From an uncultured bacterium (GTDB taxonomy: Bacteria > Patescibacteriota > JACMRA01), in the NCBI GenBank assembly GCA_963704645.1, contig OY969926.1:896001-960000 (forward strand): a stretch of 64,000 nt of DNA, written 5' to 3'. A program made the translations under genes and the position numbers. The notes beneath the pieces are model-generated. The model was not told where the DNA came from. It worked only from the letters and a program-made list of their open reading frames with translations, and made no database searches. Within the stretch, counting starts at the first letter, position 1. Each line of letters starts with the position of its first letter. Below, one piece after another: positions 39,010 through 48,205 of this stretch.

Positions 39010-39231
39010 CTACATCTCCATGCGTAATAAAGATGTAACACCAAAGAATACTGTTGATACACCAGAAAGAACCATAAATCTTGTTTGTTCAATACTAGTA
39101 AATTGTTCACTCCATGACATATTCTTCTTTTCAATACCACAGGAAGAAAAAAGAAAAATTATAAAAAAGAACATTGATACGAAAAACAAAAAATTGCAAA
39201 CGTCTTTAGGAAGAAATCTCATCCATTTCAT
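39010..39231 (-). CDS. Small 2-TM membrane protein
   Basis: Own TTGACA promoter and terminator; resembles 39648..39857. Confidence 0.65.
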   Translation of the reverse strand: MKWMRFLPKDVCNFLFFVSMFFFIIFLFSSCGIEKKNMSWSEQFTSIEQTRFMVLSGVSTVFFGVTSLLRMEM

Positions 39232-39340
39232 AACTTAAATCCAAACTACAACTACTTAAACTAAGTTATACGCCAAGTTTAATGTCAAAGAATTTAAGAA
39301 ATAAAATAGACTCCTTAATTGGAGCCTATACAATTCAAAA

Positions 39341-39574
39341 TTATCTGCCTTCTTCTAAAGAAAACAAGATTGAAAGAATTGCTGTTGTGATAGCAAAAGA
39401 TATTGTATAACCCAAGGAGGGAACTTTATTGAATATCTCCATGGGTTCCATATATTTAAGGCTTTCTTTTAAAGCAGAATTAGTTTCCAAAGTAGAAAAC
39501 ACAATCCAAGCATTCCACAAAAGTAGAACAATTGAAGCCAACCAAGCGTATTTCAGAATATTCTTCTTTGACAT
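39341..39574 (-). CDS. Small 2-TM membrane protein
   Basis: GAGG SD; terminator taggctcc...ggagtcta. Confidence 0.65.
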   Translation of the reverse strand: MSKKNILKYAWLASIVLLLWNAWIVFSTLETNSALKESLKYMEPMEIFNKVPSLGYTISFAITTAILSILFSLEEGR

Positions 39575-39647
39575 CTAACCCTCAAATAATTTTTTACAAT
39601 TGAAAATGAAGTACAAATTAAATTTGTTTAGTCTTAAAACTTTGCAT

Positions 39648-39857
39648 CTACGATCGTCCTTTAAACTCTTCGTTCAAAGTCAAACCCGCAAAAACAATTG
39701 CAACTGCCAACGATCCAACTAAGTTTCTGGATGGCTCAATTTGAGCTATAATTTGAAAAAAGTTCATTCCAGTTTTATCTACTTTTACTGAATCATTCCA
39801 AAAAAATACAGAGGCAATTAAACAAACTACTGTGATGCACAAATAAACATTTTTCAT
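39648..39857 (-). CDS. Small 2-TM membrane protein
   Basis: TTGACA promoter; (D/E)K..M......IE..R shared with 39010..39231. Confidence 0.65.
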   Translation of the reverse strand: MKNVYLCITVVCLIASVFFWNDSVKVDKTGMNFFQIIAQIEPSRNLVGSLAVAIVFAGLTLNEEFKGRS

Positions 39858-39922
39858 GAAATTTTAGTAATTCTACTAAACTGCAATTCAATATAAGTCA
39901 CATAAAAAAACCTATGTCAAAA

Positions 39923-41257
39923 CTACACGAAGGCCAACACAAACATTACGGAGTAAAATGCTACACAAGCCCATACTGAAACTATGTTAAACAGTTTTGG
40001 TCTTACCGCTTCGGGTAGTTGTTGGTTAAGACCAAGTAAAAGCGGAGGGTACAAAGCCATAATTAAAGCAGAAGTTGAGGCAGAAATTTGCAACAAACTA
40101 GCTGGCTGATTAAAACCTGGTATTACTGCAGTAAAAAATAGAATTATAATTCCTAGAAAAGCTGCAAATTGGCTTAAGCGTTCTGGTTTTGTGTTTTCGA
40201 AAAGTTTATTACCTGTACTTTTAAGTAGCCTTCCAATAGCATCGAGAATAGTTAATTGTGCCATAAAGAAAAGTATAAAAATACCCAAAGCCCAAGCAAA
40301 ACCAACACCATAAAATAGGGAATTTAATTTATCTACTTCAAAAGTTAAAATTCCAAAACCTACCCGCCCAGAGCCTGGCAACAACACCGCTGAAACTATG
40401 GCAATAAGCCCAATTCCTATAAAATTGCCAATATAAAAAAGTATGAAATGCTCTTTCCAAATTAAATTCCACCAGTTTTTAAAGTTTTGAATACTTTCGC
40501 TGTTCCACAATATTGCTGAATTTTGCAATTGAGACTTTGCAGGTGATTCCGTGGATAATTGGAACTTGTCCTCCGAGCGAGTTTCTCCCGATTTTAACTC
40601 TGTGTTAATTCCATAACCTTTATTTATGACCCAATTACTTTGCACCAAGTTTAAAACCCCAGCCACACCACCAAAAGCCAAAGCAGAAAGAAATAGAATT
40701 TTATCTGAATTGGTAGGCCAAAAACCAGTTGGACTTAGTTTTATTTGCAACACTTCTGGCCACAAACGAATAATTACAAATATTCCAATCCCCAGAATGA
40801 CCAACAGCCCAGCCCTAGCTATATTTTCTAGAATTTCGTAACTTCTCTTGCTTTGCCACACCAAAATTTGCAAAGCTAAAACCAATATTGCCAACCACGC
40901 TCCTGCAGCTGGAACACCTCCAACATATGCTAAAATATTCCCGGAAACCGAAGCCCAAGCAGGCCAAGCCAAGCTTACAATAATTCCAAAAATAAACAAA
41001 GCCGACAACCAAGAACTTTTTTGAATCATTCCAGCCAATGTATTTTTACCGGTTACTATTGAGTATCTCTCAATTTCCAAATTTACCATGAATTGTAAAA
41101 ATAAAATAAGCGGCACCGCCCACAAAATTGTTAAGCTATATCTTCCCACTAAGTCTGGCCACAAAAGGGTTTCTCCACCGTTTAAGCTTAGGGCTACAAA
41201 TACTACGGAAGGGCCAATTAATTGCCACAATGTTTTTTTAGCTGCGGGGAAAATCAT
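39923..41257 (-). CDS. Nramp-like (APC superfamily) transporter
   Basis: GPSVVFVALSLNGGE.LLWP, EIERY...TG, ~11 TMs. Confidence 0.75.
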   Translation of the reverse strand: MIFPAAKKTLWQLIGPSVVFVALSLNGGETLLWPDLVGRYSLTILWAVPLILFLQFMVNLEIERYSIVTGKNTLAGMIQKSSWLSALFIFGIIVSLAWPAWASVSGNILAYVGGVPAAGAWLAILVLALQILVWQSKRSYEILENIARAGLLVILGIGIFVIIRLWPEVLQIKLSPTGFWPTNSDKILFLSALAFGGVAGVLNLVQSNWVINKGYGINTELKSGETRSEDKFQLSTESPAKSQLQNSAILWNSESIQNFKNWWNLIWKEHFILFYIGNFIGIGLIAIVSAVLLPGSGRVGFGILTFEVDKLNSLFYGVGFAWALGIFILFFMAQLTILDAIGRLLKSTGNKLFENTKPERLSQFAAFLGIIILFFTAVIPGFNQPASLLQISASTSALIMALYPPLLLGLNQQLPEAVRPKLFNIVSVWACVAFYSVMFVLAFV

Positions 41258-41326
41258 GAAATAAGCCTAATTTATATATATATTTTGGGCAAGAAAAGAA
41301 GGGTGTGTAAGACCCTCCTCTGTGTT

Positions 41327-41698
41327 TTAAGTTCTATTAGCAGTTGCTAACAATTCAAGCCATGAATCTTTGGAGTCATCTCCAAACTGAATTTCGGCCA
41401 CCCAGCAAACAGTTTTTAATTCATCAGTATTTTGACTGCAAAACTCTGTTCCATGATGAACTTCTTCACCAGTATAAACCATACAGTCTTCGCAGGGTAA
41501 AAGAGATGAAACTGCATTAAACGCTACACCAACGTGTTGGTAGTCCTCACAAGTAACTTTTAATTTCAGTTTTGCAGTAAGAACTTTAGACTGTATATTA
41601 AAAAGCTTTGATAACTTTTCAGTCTCCAAAGGGTTATTATCTTGCCAAATTAGAAGTGATTTTCGTGCAACTGAATGACTAATCAGAATTGAAAACAT
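41327..41698 (-). CDS. Hypothetical ORFan cassette
   Basis: GAGG SD; terminator gagggtcttacacacccttctttt. Confidence 0.6.
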   Translation of the reverse strand: MFSILISHSVARKSLLIWQDNNPLETEKLSKLFNIQSKVLTAKLKLKVTCEDYQHVGVAFNAVSSLLPCEDCMVYTGEEVHHGTEFCSQNTDELKTVCWVAEIQFGDDSKDSWLELLATANRT

Positions 41699-41771
41699 TA
41701 ATGTCCTCGGATAATTGAACTTACAAACTACTTATAAATAAACTCAGAATTTCTGGGTTTTGTAAAGTAAC

Positions 41772-43559
41772 TTACCCGCCAACTTTCTTTTTATCAACTT
41801 CTGTAACTTTCATAGAAATTGCTGTTCCTTGGAAGTTAAACTGCTTTCTAACTACATTTTCTAGAAATCTAACGTAAGACCAATGAACTGTGGTTTTGTC
41901 TTTAATTAGAAGCTCGAAGGTTGGTGGTTTAGATTTGGAATATATTAAATCGTAAATAACGGCACGTTTTTTGTTAGCCACCTTGTTTGGCGGTTTTTTC
42001 TTCATTAAATAGTTGAACAGCTTTCTTAATTCGGCTTTATCAATTTGTTTTTCACGGTTAGCCAAAGATTCATCAATTTTTTCCCATATTTTATACAAAT
42101 TGGTCTTATTTATAGCCGAAACCCAAACGAAATCGTCTAGTTTTAAGAACACGAATTTATGCAAAAATGCTTTAATGAAGGCTTGCTTTTGCTCTTCATC
42201 AATTAAATCTGATTTGTTAGCAATAACTACCATCCCCTTTTTAGCTTGTTTACAAATTCCTGCCACAACCTGATCTTGATGAGAAATTGGTACAGAAGCA
42301 TCTACCACCAAACAAATTACGTCTGCCTGGTAAGCACTTTCCACGGTTCTAAAAGTGGCAAAAGTTTCAGCTCCAGTAGTCCGCTGCCCTGGCTTTCTAA
42401 TTCCAGTTGAATCTAGCAAAATGTATTCTTTATCAATCCATTCATATTCTGGTTTTGACTCTGCCTTTTGTGGAACTTTTTCTGAAATTTCTTTTTTAGC
42501 TAAAACTTTTTTAGGAAGATTAACTTCGCTTAGCTCTTCATCATCATCAGAATAAACTTCTTCGACCACTTCCTCATTATCTTCATATAATTCAGCTGCT
42601 TCATTAATTTCAGCAATATCTTCCAACATTTCTTCCGCTTCGAAACTGTCTAAATCTAATTCATCTAAATTAGCAGCTTCTTCTACTTTCTTTAAAACCT
42701 TAACTTTTCTGGTAAGTAATGTGTCGTTTACGCTTAAAGTTGTTCCTGGAATATCTGTAACAATTTGAATTTCACTTCCAATCATAGCATTGAACAAAGA
42801 GCTTTTTCCAACATTTGGTTTACCCAACAACAAAATTTTTGGCTTTTGTGGTTCTTTGTCTTGCTCATCAGCGCTATCTGGATCTATTCCTTCATCTTCC
42901 AAGACTACTTCGTACAAACCAGGACCGTCTTCGTTGTTTTCTCTGGTAACATAATAAGATCCATCATTCAGCATTTTTACAATGCCGGCTTTTTCACGCT
43001 TTTTCTTTTTGTGATCTAAAATTTTAAATGGTTCTTCCGGGCTTTTTTCGTAACCCATGGCCAAACATTTTTCCACCAAAGCATCAAGCAAATCGTTAAT
43101 TCCATAACTGTTGGTAGCACTAACGTTTACAAAAGCAAAGCCACCTAATCTGGCGTAATCGGCCACACTTTTTTCTAAATTAGGGTCGTCTACTTTGTTA
43201 ACTGCTACCATGAACGGCTTTCCCACTTTCCACAGTTTTTGTAACAATTTCTGAGGAATATTTTCCGGGTTCTGCCTTCTATCTATTACCCAAACCAAAA
43301 TGTCGGCTTCGGCTAAAGCCCCAAAAGATTTTATCTGAATTTCTTTCTGAATTTTATCTTCAGGGTCTGGAACTAAACCACCTGTGTCCACAAATTGCAT
43401 GTACATGTTGTCCCACTCGGTTTCTGACCAGTTTAAATCTCGGGTTGTATGCTCTTCTTTAGCTGTAATGGCTTTCTTGGTTCCACAAACACGGTTTAAC
43501 AAAGTACTTTTACCAGAATTTGGTAGCCCAAAAAAGGCTATAGTTGGTATTGCTTTCAT
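41772..43559 (-). CDS. der: Ribosome biogenesis GTPase Der (EngA) with acidic insertions
   Basis: Two G-domains (GLPNSGKS/TTRD/DTGG/NKVD; GKPNVGKS/DSTG/NKSD) and a KH-like end SYVRFLEN..R..F.F.GT. Confidence 0.93.
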   Translation of the reverse strand: MKAIPTIAFFGLPNSGKSTLLNRVCGTKKAITAKEEHTTRDLNWSETEWDNMYMQFVDTGGLVPDPEDKIQKEIQIKSFGALAEADILVWVIDRRQNPENIPQKLLQKLWKVGKPFMVAVNKVDDPNLEKSVADYARLGGFAFVNVSATNSYGINDLLDALVEKCLAMGYEKSPEEPFKILDHKKKKREKAGIVKMLNDGSYYVTRENNEDGPGLYEVVLEDEGIDPDSADEQDKEPQKPKILLLGKPNVGKSSLFNAMIGSEIQIVTDIPGTTLSVNDTLLTRKVKVLKKVEEAANLDELDLDSFEAEEMLEDIAEINEAAELYEDNEEVVEEVYSDDDEELSEVNLPKKVLAKKEISEKVPQKAESKPEYEWIDKEYILLDSTGIRKPGQRTTGAETFATFRTVESAYQADVICLVVDASVPISHQDQVVAGICKQAKKGMVVIANKSDLIDEEQKQAFIKAFLHKFVFLKLDDFVWVSAINKTNLYKIWEKIDESLANREKQIDKAELRKLFNYLMKKKPPNKVANKKRAVIYDLIYSKSKPPTFELLIKDKTTVHWSYVRFLENVVRKQFNFQGTAISMKVTEVDKKKVGG

Positions 43560-43674
43560 GTTTACAATCAAATCTGTATGTTTAGGCTTTGTCAAAACAA
43601 CTTACTTAAACAACAATCTTGCCAGTTTTCCCCCAACAAAAAAGAGTAATGGCATAACCAAAACTCTTCTAAGT

Positions 43675-44103
43675 TTATGTGGAGGTTTTTTTCTGAAAAA
43701 AGGGCAATGCAAAATATACAAACATTCCGAACAAATTTACTCCAAAAACTGGAATTCCAAAGCTCCAATTTTGTCCAAGGAAGTAACCAATGTTGCATGC
43801 TATTATATATAGCATTGGGTAAGAAAAATAGGGATGTTCGTTACCATCGTTTATAAACACAATCGCCAATACAGCTAGAGCAATTAGTATTGCTATGTGC
43901 ATAACATTTAAATACCAACCATTTCTACCAAGGAAGTTCATGGTTAGAAAGAACAGTCCATTTGAGAGGCAATAACTTACAAGATAAATTCCAAAGTTAT
44001 CGGAAAATTTTTCATCATACAAAGCACGTACCGTAAGAAAACAACAGACAATCTGTGAAATAAACAAGCATAAAGCTGCAACCATTGCCAAATCTTCAAG
44101 CAT
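43675..44103 (-). CDS. Hypothetical multi-TM protein
   Basis: Hydrophobic; TTGACT...TGTGCTA promoter; possible frameshift at the T7 run 43686-43692. Confidence 0.65.
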   Translation of the reverse strand: MLEDLAMVAALCLFISQIVCCFLTVRALYDEKFSDNFGIYLVSYCLSNGLFFLTMNFLGRNGWYLNVMHIAILIALAVLAIVFINDGNEHPYFSYPMLYIIACNIGYFLGQNWSFGIPVFGVNLFGMFVYFALPFFQKKTST

Positions 44104-44250
44104 AATTTAATTTTGCCAATAATACTAACTACCATTTATAAATAGCACATAAATCACCAAAAGTCAAAGTTTGAAAGGTTTAGATTTAACTTGACAAATA
44201 GCTATTTTTACGGCTATTAAAAGTAAGTTGTTGTTGTTTTAATCAAATTT

Positions 44251-44682
44251 ATGGGTGGGAATTTTGATTTAGCTATTTTTTTTAAATTAGACAAACTTCC
44301 ATGTGATTTAATTGCGACTCTGGAATTGAATAGGATTAAAATTTATTTACCAGTTACTTGTGTTGCTCATCAAGCTAATCCCTTGTGTTTCATGGTGATA
44401 TCTGTAAATGAAAGAATTATCTTAGAAATTGGTCACTATTTAAAATTTTTAGGCTTTGATGTCTTCACAACTTATGTTTATGACGATGATCTGCAGGTTA
44501 AGATGTCCGTAGTTCAAGGATCATACATTTACAGCTCATCATACAATATGTTGGATATTGTATCTGATTTATACTGTAAAGAAACAATGGAGGAAATATT
44601 TAAATTTCTTTCTATTGGAACTTCTAACAATGAAATGAGTCATTTTGTAGACTTTGTTCATAAATGGATGGCCTTAGAATAA
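44251..44682 (+). CDS. Hypothetical ORFan cassette
   Basis: TTGACA at 44191; terminator ccgtct...agacgg. Confidence 0.6.
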   Translation: MGGNFDLAIFFKLDKLPCDLIATLELNRIKIYLPVTCVAHQANPLCFMVISVNERIILEIGHYLKFLGFDVFTTYVYDDDLQVKMSVVQGSYIYSSSYNMLDIVSDLYCKETMEEIFKFLSIGTSNNEMSHFVDFVHKWMALE

Positions 44683-44822
44683 CCACAAACCCGTCTTTTT
44701 AGACGGACTTTCTTTTGTGAAAAATTAGGAGAATTGAGTTAACGTAAAACCTCTTCCCAAAATTTGACATTACAAGCCCTAACCACCAAGTTTAGTTGTT
44801 TAAAAAATTCAAACAGCACAAT

Positions 44823-46070
44823 ATGAAACAAAAGCTTGCTTTCACAGTTACAGGAATAATTATAATTGCCGCTTCTGCCATTCTGCTTATTAATAGTTAC
44901 GGAAATTTTAAGGATCAAACAAAGCAGGAAAATAATAATGCGTTAAAAGCAAACAGTGTTTTGGATACACCATCAACCAAAAACGAAGACTCAACATCAA
45001 CCCAAATTCCTAATAAGGCTGAGGTAAAAACCAAAATAGAATTAGTGGCCAAAAACTTGTTTGTGCCCTGGGCTATTACTTTTACAAGTCAAGATAGAAT
45101 GTTGTTTACAGAAAGAAACGGTAAAATTAGGGAAATTAAAAATAGCGTTTTAAACCCAAACCCGCTAAAAGTTTTTCAGAATATTTCTGCTTTGTCTGAA
45201 GAGGGTTTAATGGGAATTACAATAGACCCAAATTACCAAGAAAACAAGTTTATTTATACTGTTTATGCCTACCCTAAAGATAATGCTTACGCAGTTAAAG
45301 TTGTTCGTTTAAAAGATAATGAAACCAGCTTAGACGATGAAAAAGTTATTTTAGATAATATTCCAGGTTCAAGGTATCATGTTGGAGGAAGGCTAAAATT
45401 TGGTCCAGATAAAAAGCTGTATTTAACAACAGGCGAAAACACTAACCCCGAAACTACTCAAGATAAAAACACTTTAGCAGGTAAAATTTTAAGAATGAAC
45501 TCAGACGGAAGCGTTCCCGAAGATAACCCATTTCCTAATTCATTAATATATTCTTTTGGTCACCGAAACCCACAAGGCATAGATTGGCACCCAGTTTCTG
45601 GACTAATGGTTGAAACAGAACACGGTCCTTCTGGTTATGACGGCAGGCGTGGCGGAGACGAGGTAAATATTATTCAAAAGGGTAAAAACTATGGCTGGCC
45701 AACAATTTCTTACGAACAAAAACAAGACGGCTTATTAAGTCCAAATATTGTGTATTTCGACTCCATCGCTCCTGGTTCAGGCTCTTTTTATAATAGTTCA
45801 GCTATTCCTCAGTTTCAAAATAATTATTTTATTGGAGCTTTAAGAGGTGAAGCAATTTACCAAGTATTTTTTGACGAAGCTGGCCAGAAAATTTTAAAAA
45901 ACGAAAAACTAGAAGGAATTAACTTTGGTAGAATAAGAGAAGTAATTATCGGCCCAGACGGAGCTTTGTACTTTAGCACCAGCAATAAGGACGGCAATGG
46001 TAAGCCTGGAAGTGAGGATGATAGGATATATAGAATAATTGCGGACAATATCAAAGTGGAGAACCGATAG
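44823..46070 (+). CDS. PQQ-dependent sugar dehydrogenase (GSDH beta-propeller)
   Basis: PWAITF, EEGLMGI, HVGGRLKFGPD..LY.TTGE, GHRNPQG, EHGP, DEVN, NYGWP, GRIR. Confidence 0.92.
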   Translation: MKQKLAFTVTGIIIIAASAILLINSYGNFKDQTKQENNNALKANSVLDTPSTKNEDSTSTQIPNKAEVKTKIELVAKNLFVPWAITFTSQDRMLFTERNGKIREIKNSVLNPNPLKVFQNISALSEEGLMGITIDPNYQENKFIYTVYAYPKDNAYAVKVVRLKDNETSLDDEKVILDNIPGSRYHVGGRLKFGPDKKLYLTTGENTNPETTQDKNTLAGKILRMNSDGSVPEDNPFPNSLIYSFGHRNPQGIDWHPVSGLMVETEHGPSGYDGRRGGDEVNIIQKGKNYGWPTISYEQKQDGLLSPNIVYFDSIAPGSGSFYNSSAIPQFQNNYFIGALRGEAIYQVFFDEAGQKILKNEKLEGINFGRIREVIIGPDGALYFSTSNKDGNGKPGSEDDRIYRIIADNIKVENR

Positions 46071-46127
46071 TATTTTACTGGCTTAAATAGAAGACCTATG
46101 AATGTTGAAAAATAGGCATTCATTAGT

Positions 46128-46152
46128 TTAGACCCTGATACAAGGGTGACAG
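46128..46152. repeat. Shortened TGTCA-type palindrome
   Basis: tagaccctgatacaagggtgacag. Confidence 0.7.
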
Positions 46153-46256
46153 CCTCGATTGCTGAGCTTTGTAGTGTAATATTCTTAGTATTGTGTTTCG
46201 TATGCTATCTCCCTCATTTGCCTAAAACAAATTAAAAATAGAAGATTAAAATAAAT

Positions 46257-47477
46257 ATGTTAAAGGCTTTAATTTTTGACTCTTACTTTGATAAACACAG
46301 GGGCGTAATTGCTTTTATTAGGCTATTTAATGGAACACTAAAGCCAGGAGATACAATTTATTTTTTACAAACCAGTACCAAGGTAAATGTATTGGAAGTT
46401 GGAATTTTCAAGCCAGATTTACAACCAATAGACGTTTTAAGTAGTGGTGAAGTTGGTTATGTGGTAACCGGTTTAAAAGAGCTGGAAAAAGTAAAAGTTG
46501 GTGACACCATAACCCACACAGATAACTTAAGCTTGGCATTACACGGTTATAAAGAAGTTGAGCCAAAGGTTTATTCTAGTATTTTTCCTACAGATGCTTC
46601 AGACTATCCTAAATTACGCGAAGCAATTGCTAAATTAAAACTAAGTGACGCTTCTTTGCAATATCAAACTGAAAACATTCCAGCCCTTGGCTTTGGCTTT
46701 AGATGTGGCTTTCTAGGCCTTTTACACATGGATATTGTACAAGAAAGACTTAGTCGGGAATTTGATTTGGATCTTGTTTTAACCACTCCGTCTGTTCAAT
46801 ACCAAATAGAGGAATTTAACGGAGAAACTTATACAATACACACACCTTCCTTGCTTCCAGACCCAAGTAAAATTAAAAATATTTACGAACCGTGGATTAA
46901 AATTGAAATTATTACCCCAGATATTTACATTGGTAAAATTATTGAATTAATTACTGGTAAACGTGGCAGTTACAGCTCTATTTCGCCATTAGCCCAAGAT
47001 CAAGTACAAATTACTGGCGAATTACCCCTGGCAGAAATGATTGTAGATTTTTACGATGAATTGAAATCATCCACCAAAGGTTTTGCCACTATGTCTTACG
47101 AAATTATTGGCTTTAAGGAAGGCGATTTAGTAAAAATTGATATTTTAGTAAACAAGAAAGTTGTTGATCCACTTTCGGTAATGACTCACCGTGCACAATC
47201 TGAAGAAAAAGGTAGAGAAATTTGTGAGAAATTAAAAGAGCTTATTCCTAGGCAGCAATTCGATATTGCCATTCAAGCTTCAATTGGAGCCAGAGTTATT
47301 GCCAGAGAAAGCATTAAACCATTCAGGAAAGATGTTACGGCCAAGCTGTACGGAGGTGACCCTAGTCGAAGAATGAAGCTTTTGGATAAACAAAAAGCAG
47401 GAAAAAAGAAGATGAAAATGGTAGGAAACGTAGAAATTCCTCAGTCTGCCTTCTTAAATGTTTTGAAAAAGAGTTAG
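46257..47477 (+). CDS. lepA: Elongation factor 4 (LepA), domains II to CTD only, no G-domain
   Basis: Begins LKALIFDS.FD..RGV; LGFGFRCGFLGLLHM; IPRQQF; RKDVTAKLYGGD..R..KLL.KQK.GKK. Confidence 0.93.
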   Translation: MLKALIFDSYFDKHRGVIAFIRLFNGTLKPGDTIYFLQTSTKVNVLEVGIFKPDLQPIDVLSSGEVGYVVTGLKELEKVKVGDTITHTDNLSLALHGYKEVEPKVYSSIFPTDASDYPKLREAIAKLKLSDASLQYQTENIPALGFGFRCGFLGLLHMDIVQERLSREFDLDLVLTTPSVQYQIEEFNGETYTIHTPSLLPDPSKIKNIYEPWIKIEIITPDIYIGKIIELITGKRGSYSSISPLAQDQVQITGELPLAEMIVDFYDELKSSTKGFATMSYEIIGFKEGDLVKIDILVNKKVVDPLSVMTHRAQSEEKGREICEKLKELIPRQQFDIAIQASIGARVIARESIKPFRKDVTAKLYGGDPSRRMKLLDKQKAGKKKMKMVGNVEIPQSAFLNVLKKS

Positions 47478-47506
47478 AATGGATTTTTAACACCTAGACT
47501 TTAATT

Positions 47507-47905
47507 TTAAAGAACTGAAACTAAAATTTCAGGCGGATAAAATTTATCAAAAGAGGCTATTTTATAATTAAAGTGTTTAGCTTGAACTAAGCAGGCAATA
47601 TCAAAAAAGGATTGATTTTTATTTAAACTCTGTTTATAAAGCCTTATAACTTCTTTTTCAAAAACTGTATCGAAATCAAATTGTTCAGTAAATAGTTGTT
47701 CAAATAACTCTATGGCTTGAACTGCAAAGCTTTGCTCTAATTTTCTAGACAGCACTGTCATAAGCTCATATTTGGTAAGATTAGAATAAATAAAGTCACA
47801 GTCTGAGTGATCTAGTGCTAATTTTCTAGCCTTGGCATGATTGGAATCTTCGGCAATTAGTAAAGCTATAAAAAAATCTGCATCGCACAAAATTTTCTTA
47901 ATCAT
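47507..47905 (-). CDS. vapC: PIN-domain VapC toxin
   Basis: ILCDADFFIA...D.NH, E, SFFD, ASFD. Confidence 0.85.
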   Translation of the reverse strand: MIKKILCDADFFIALLIAEDSNHAKARKLALDHSDCDFIYSNLTKYELMTVLSRKLEQSFAVQAIELFEQLFTEQFDFDTVFEKEVIRLYKQSLNKNQSFFDIACLVQAKHFNYKIASFDKFYPPEILVSVL

Positions 47906-48158
47906 AAATGTCGTTGTGGCTGCTAGATAAATTTAGAACTGTTTTCGAACCTGTTTGAATGGGCTTGAAGGTTTGTATTTTGTTTTTAAAAACTTGTTTT
48001 TGGTTAGTGATTTCTATTTTCTGATCTCCTAAAGAAATGAGTACTTCCCCATTGTTTTTTAAATCTAGTTTATCTAAAAATGCCTTAGGCAAGGTAATTT
48101 GACCTTTGCTGGATATTTTAACCTGTTTAGATTTTATTGCCAAAGATTTTGTGTTCAT
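47898..48158 (-). CDS. AbrB/MazE-family antitoxin
   Basis: KISSKGQITLPK; overlaps the PIN gene. Confidence 0.85.
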   Translation of the reverse strand: MNTKSLAIKSKQVKISSKGQITLPKAFLDKLDLKNNGEVLISLGDQKIEITNQKQVFKNKIQTFKPIQTGSKTVLNLSSSHNDIYD

Positions 48159-48205
48159 ACTCTACATTTTATAAAAGTAAAGAATATATGTCAAGTAAAG
48201 AATTA

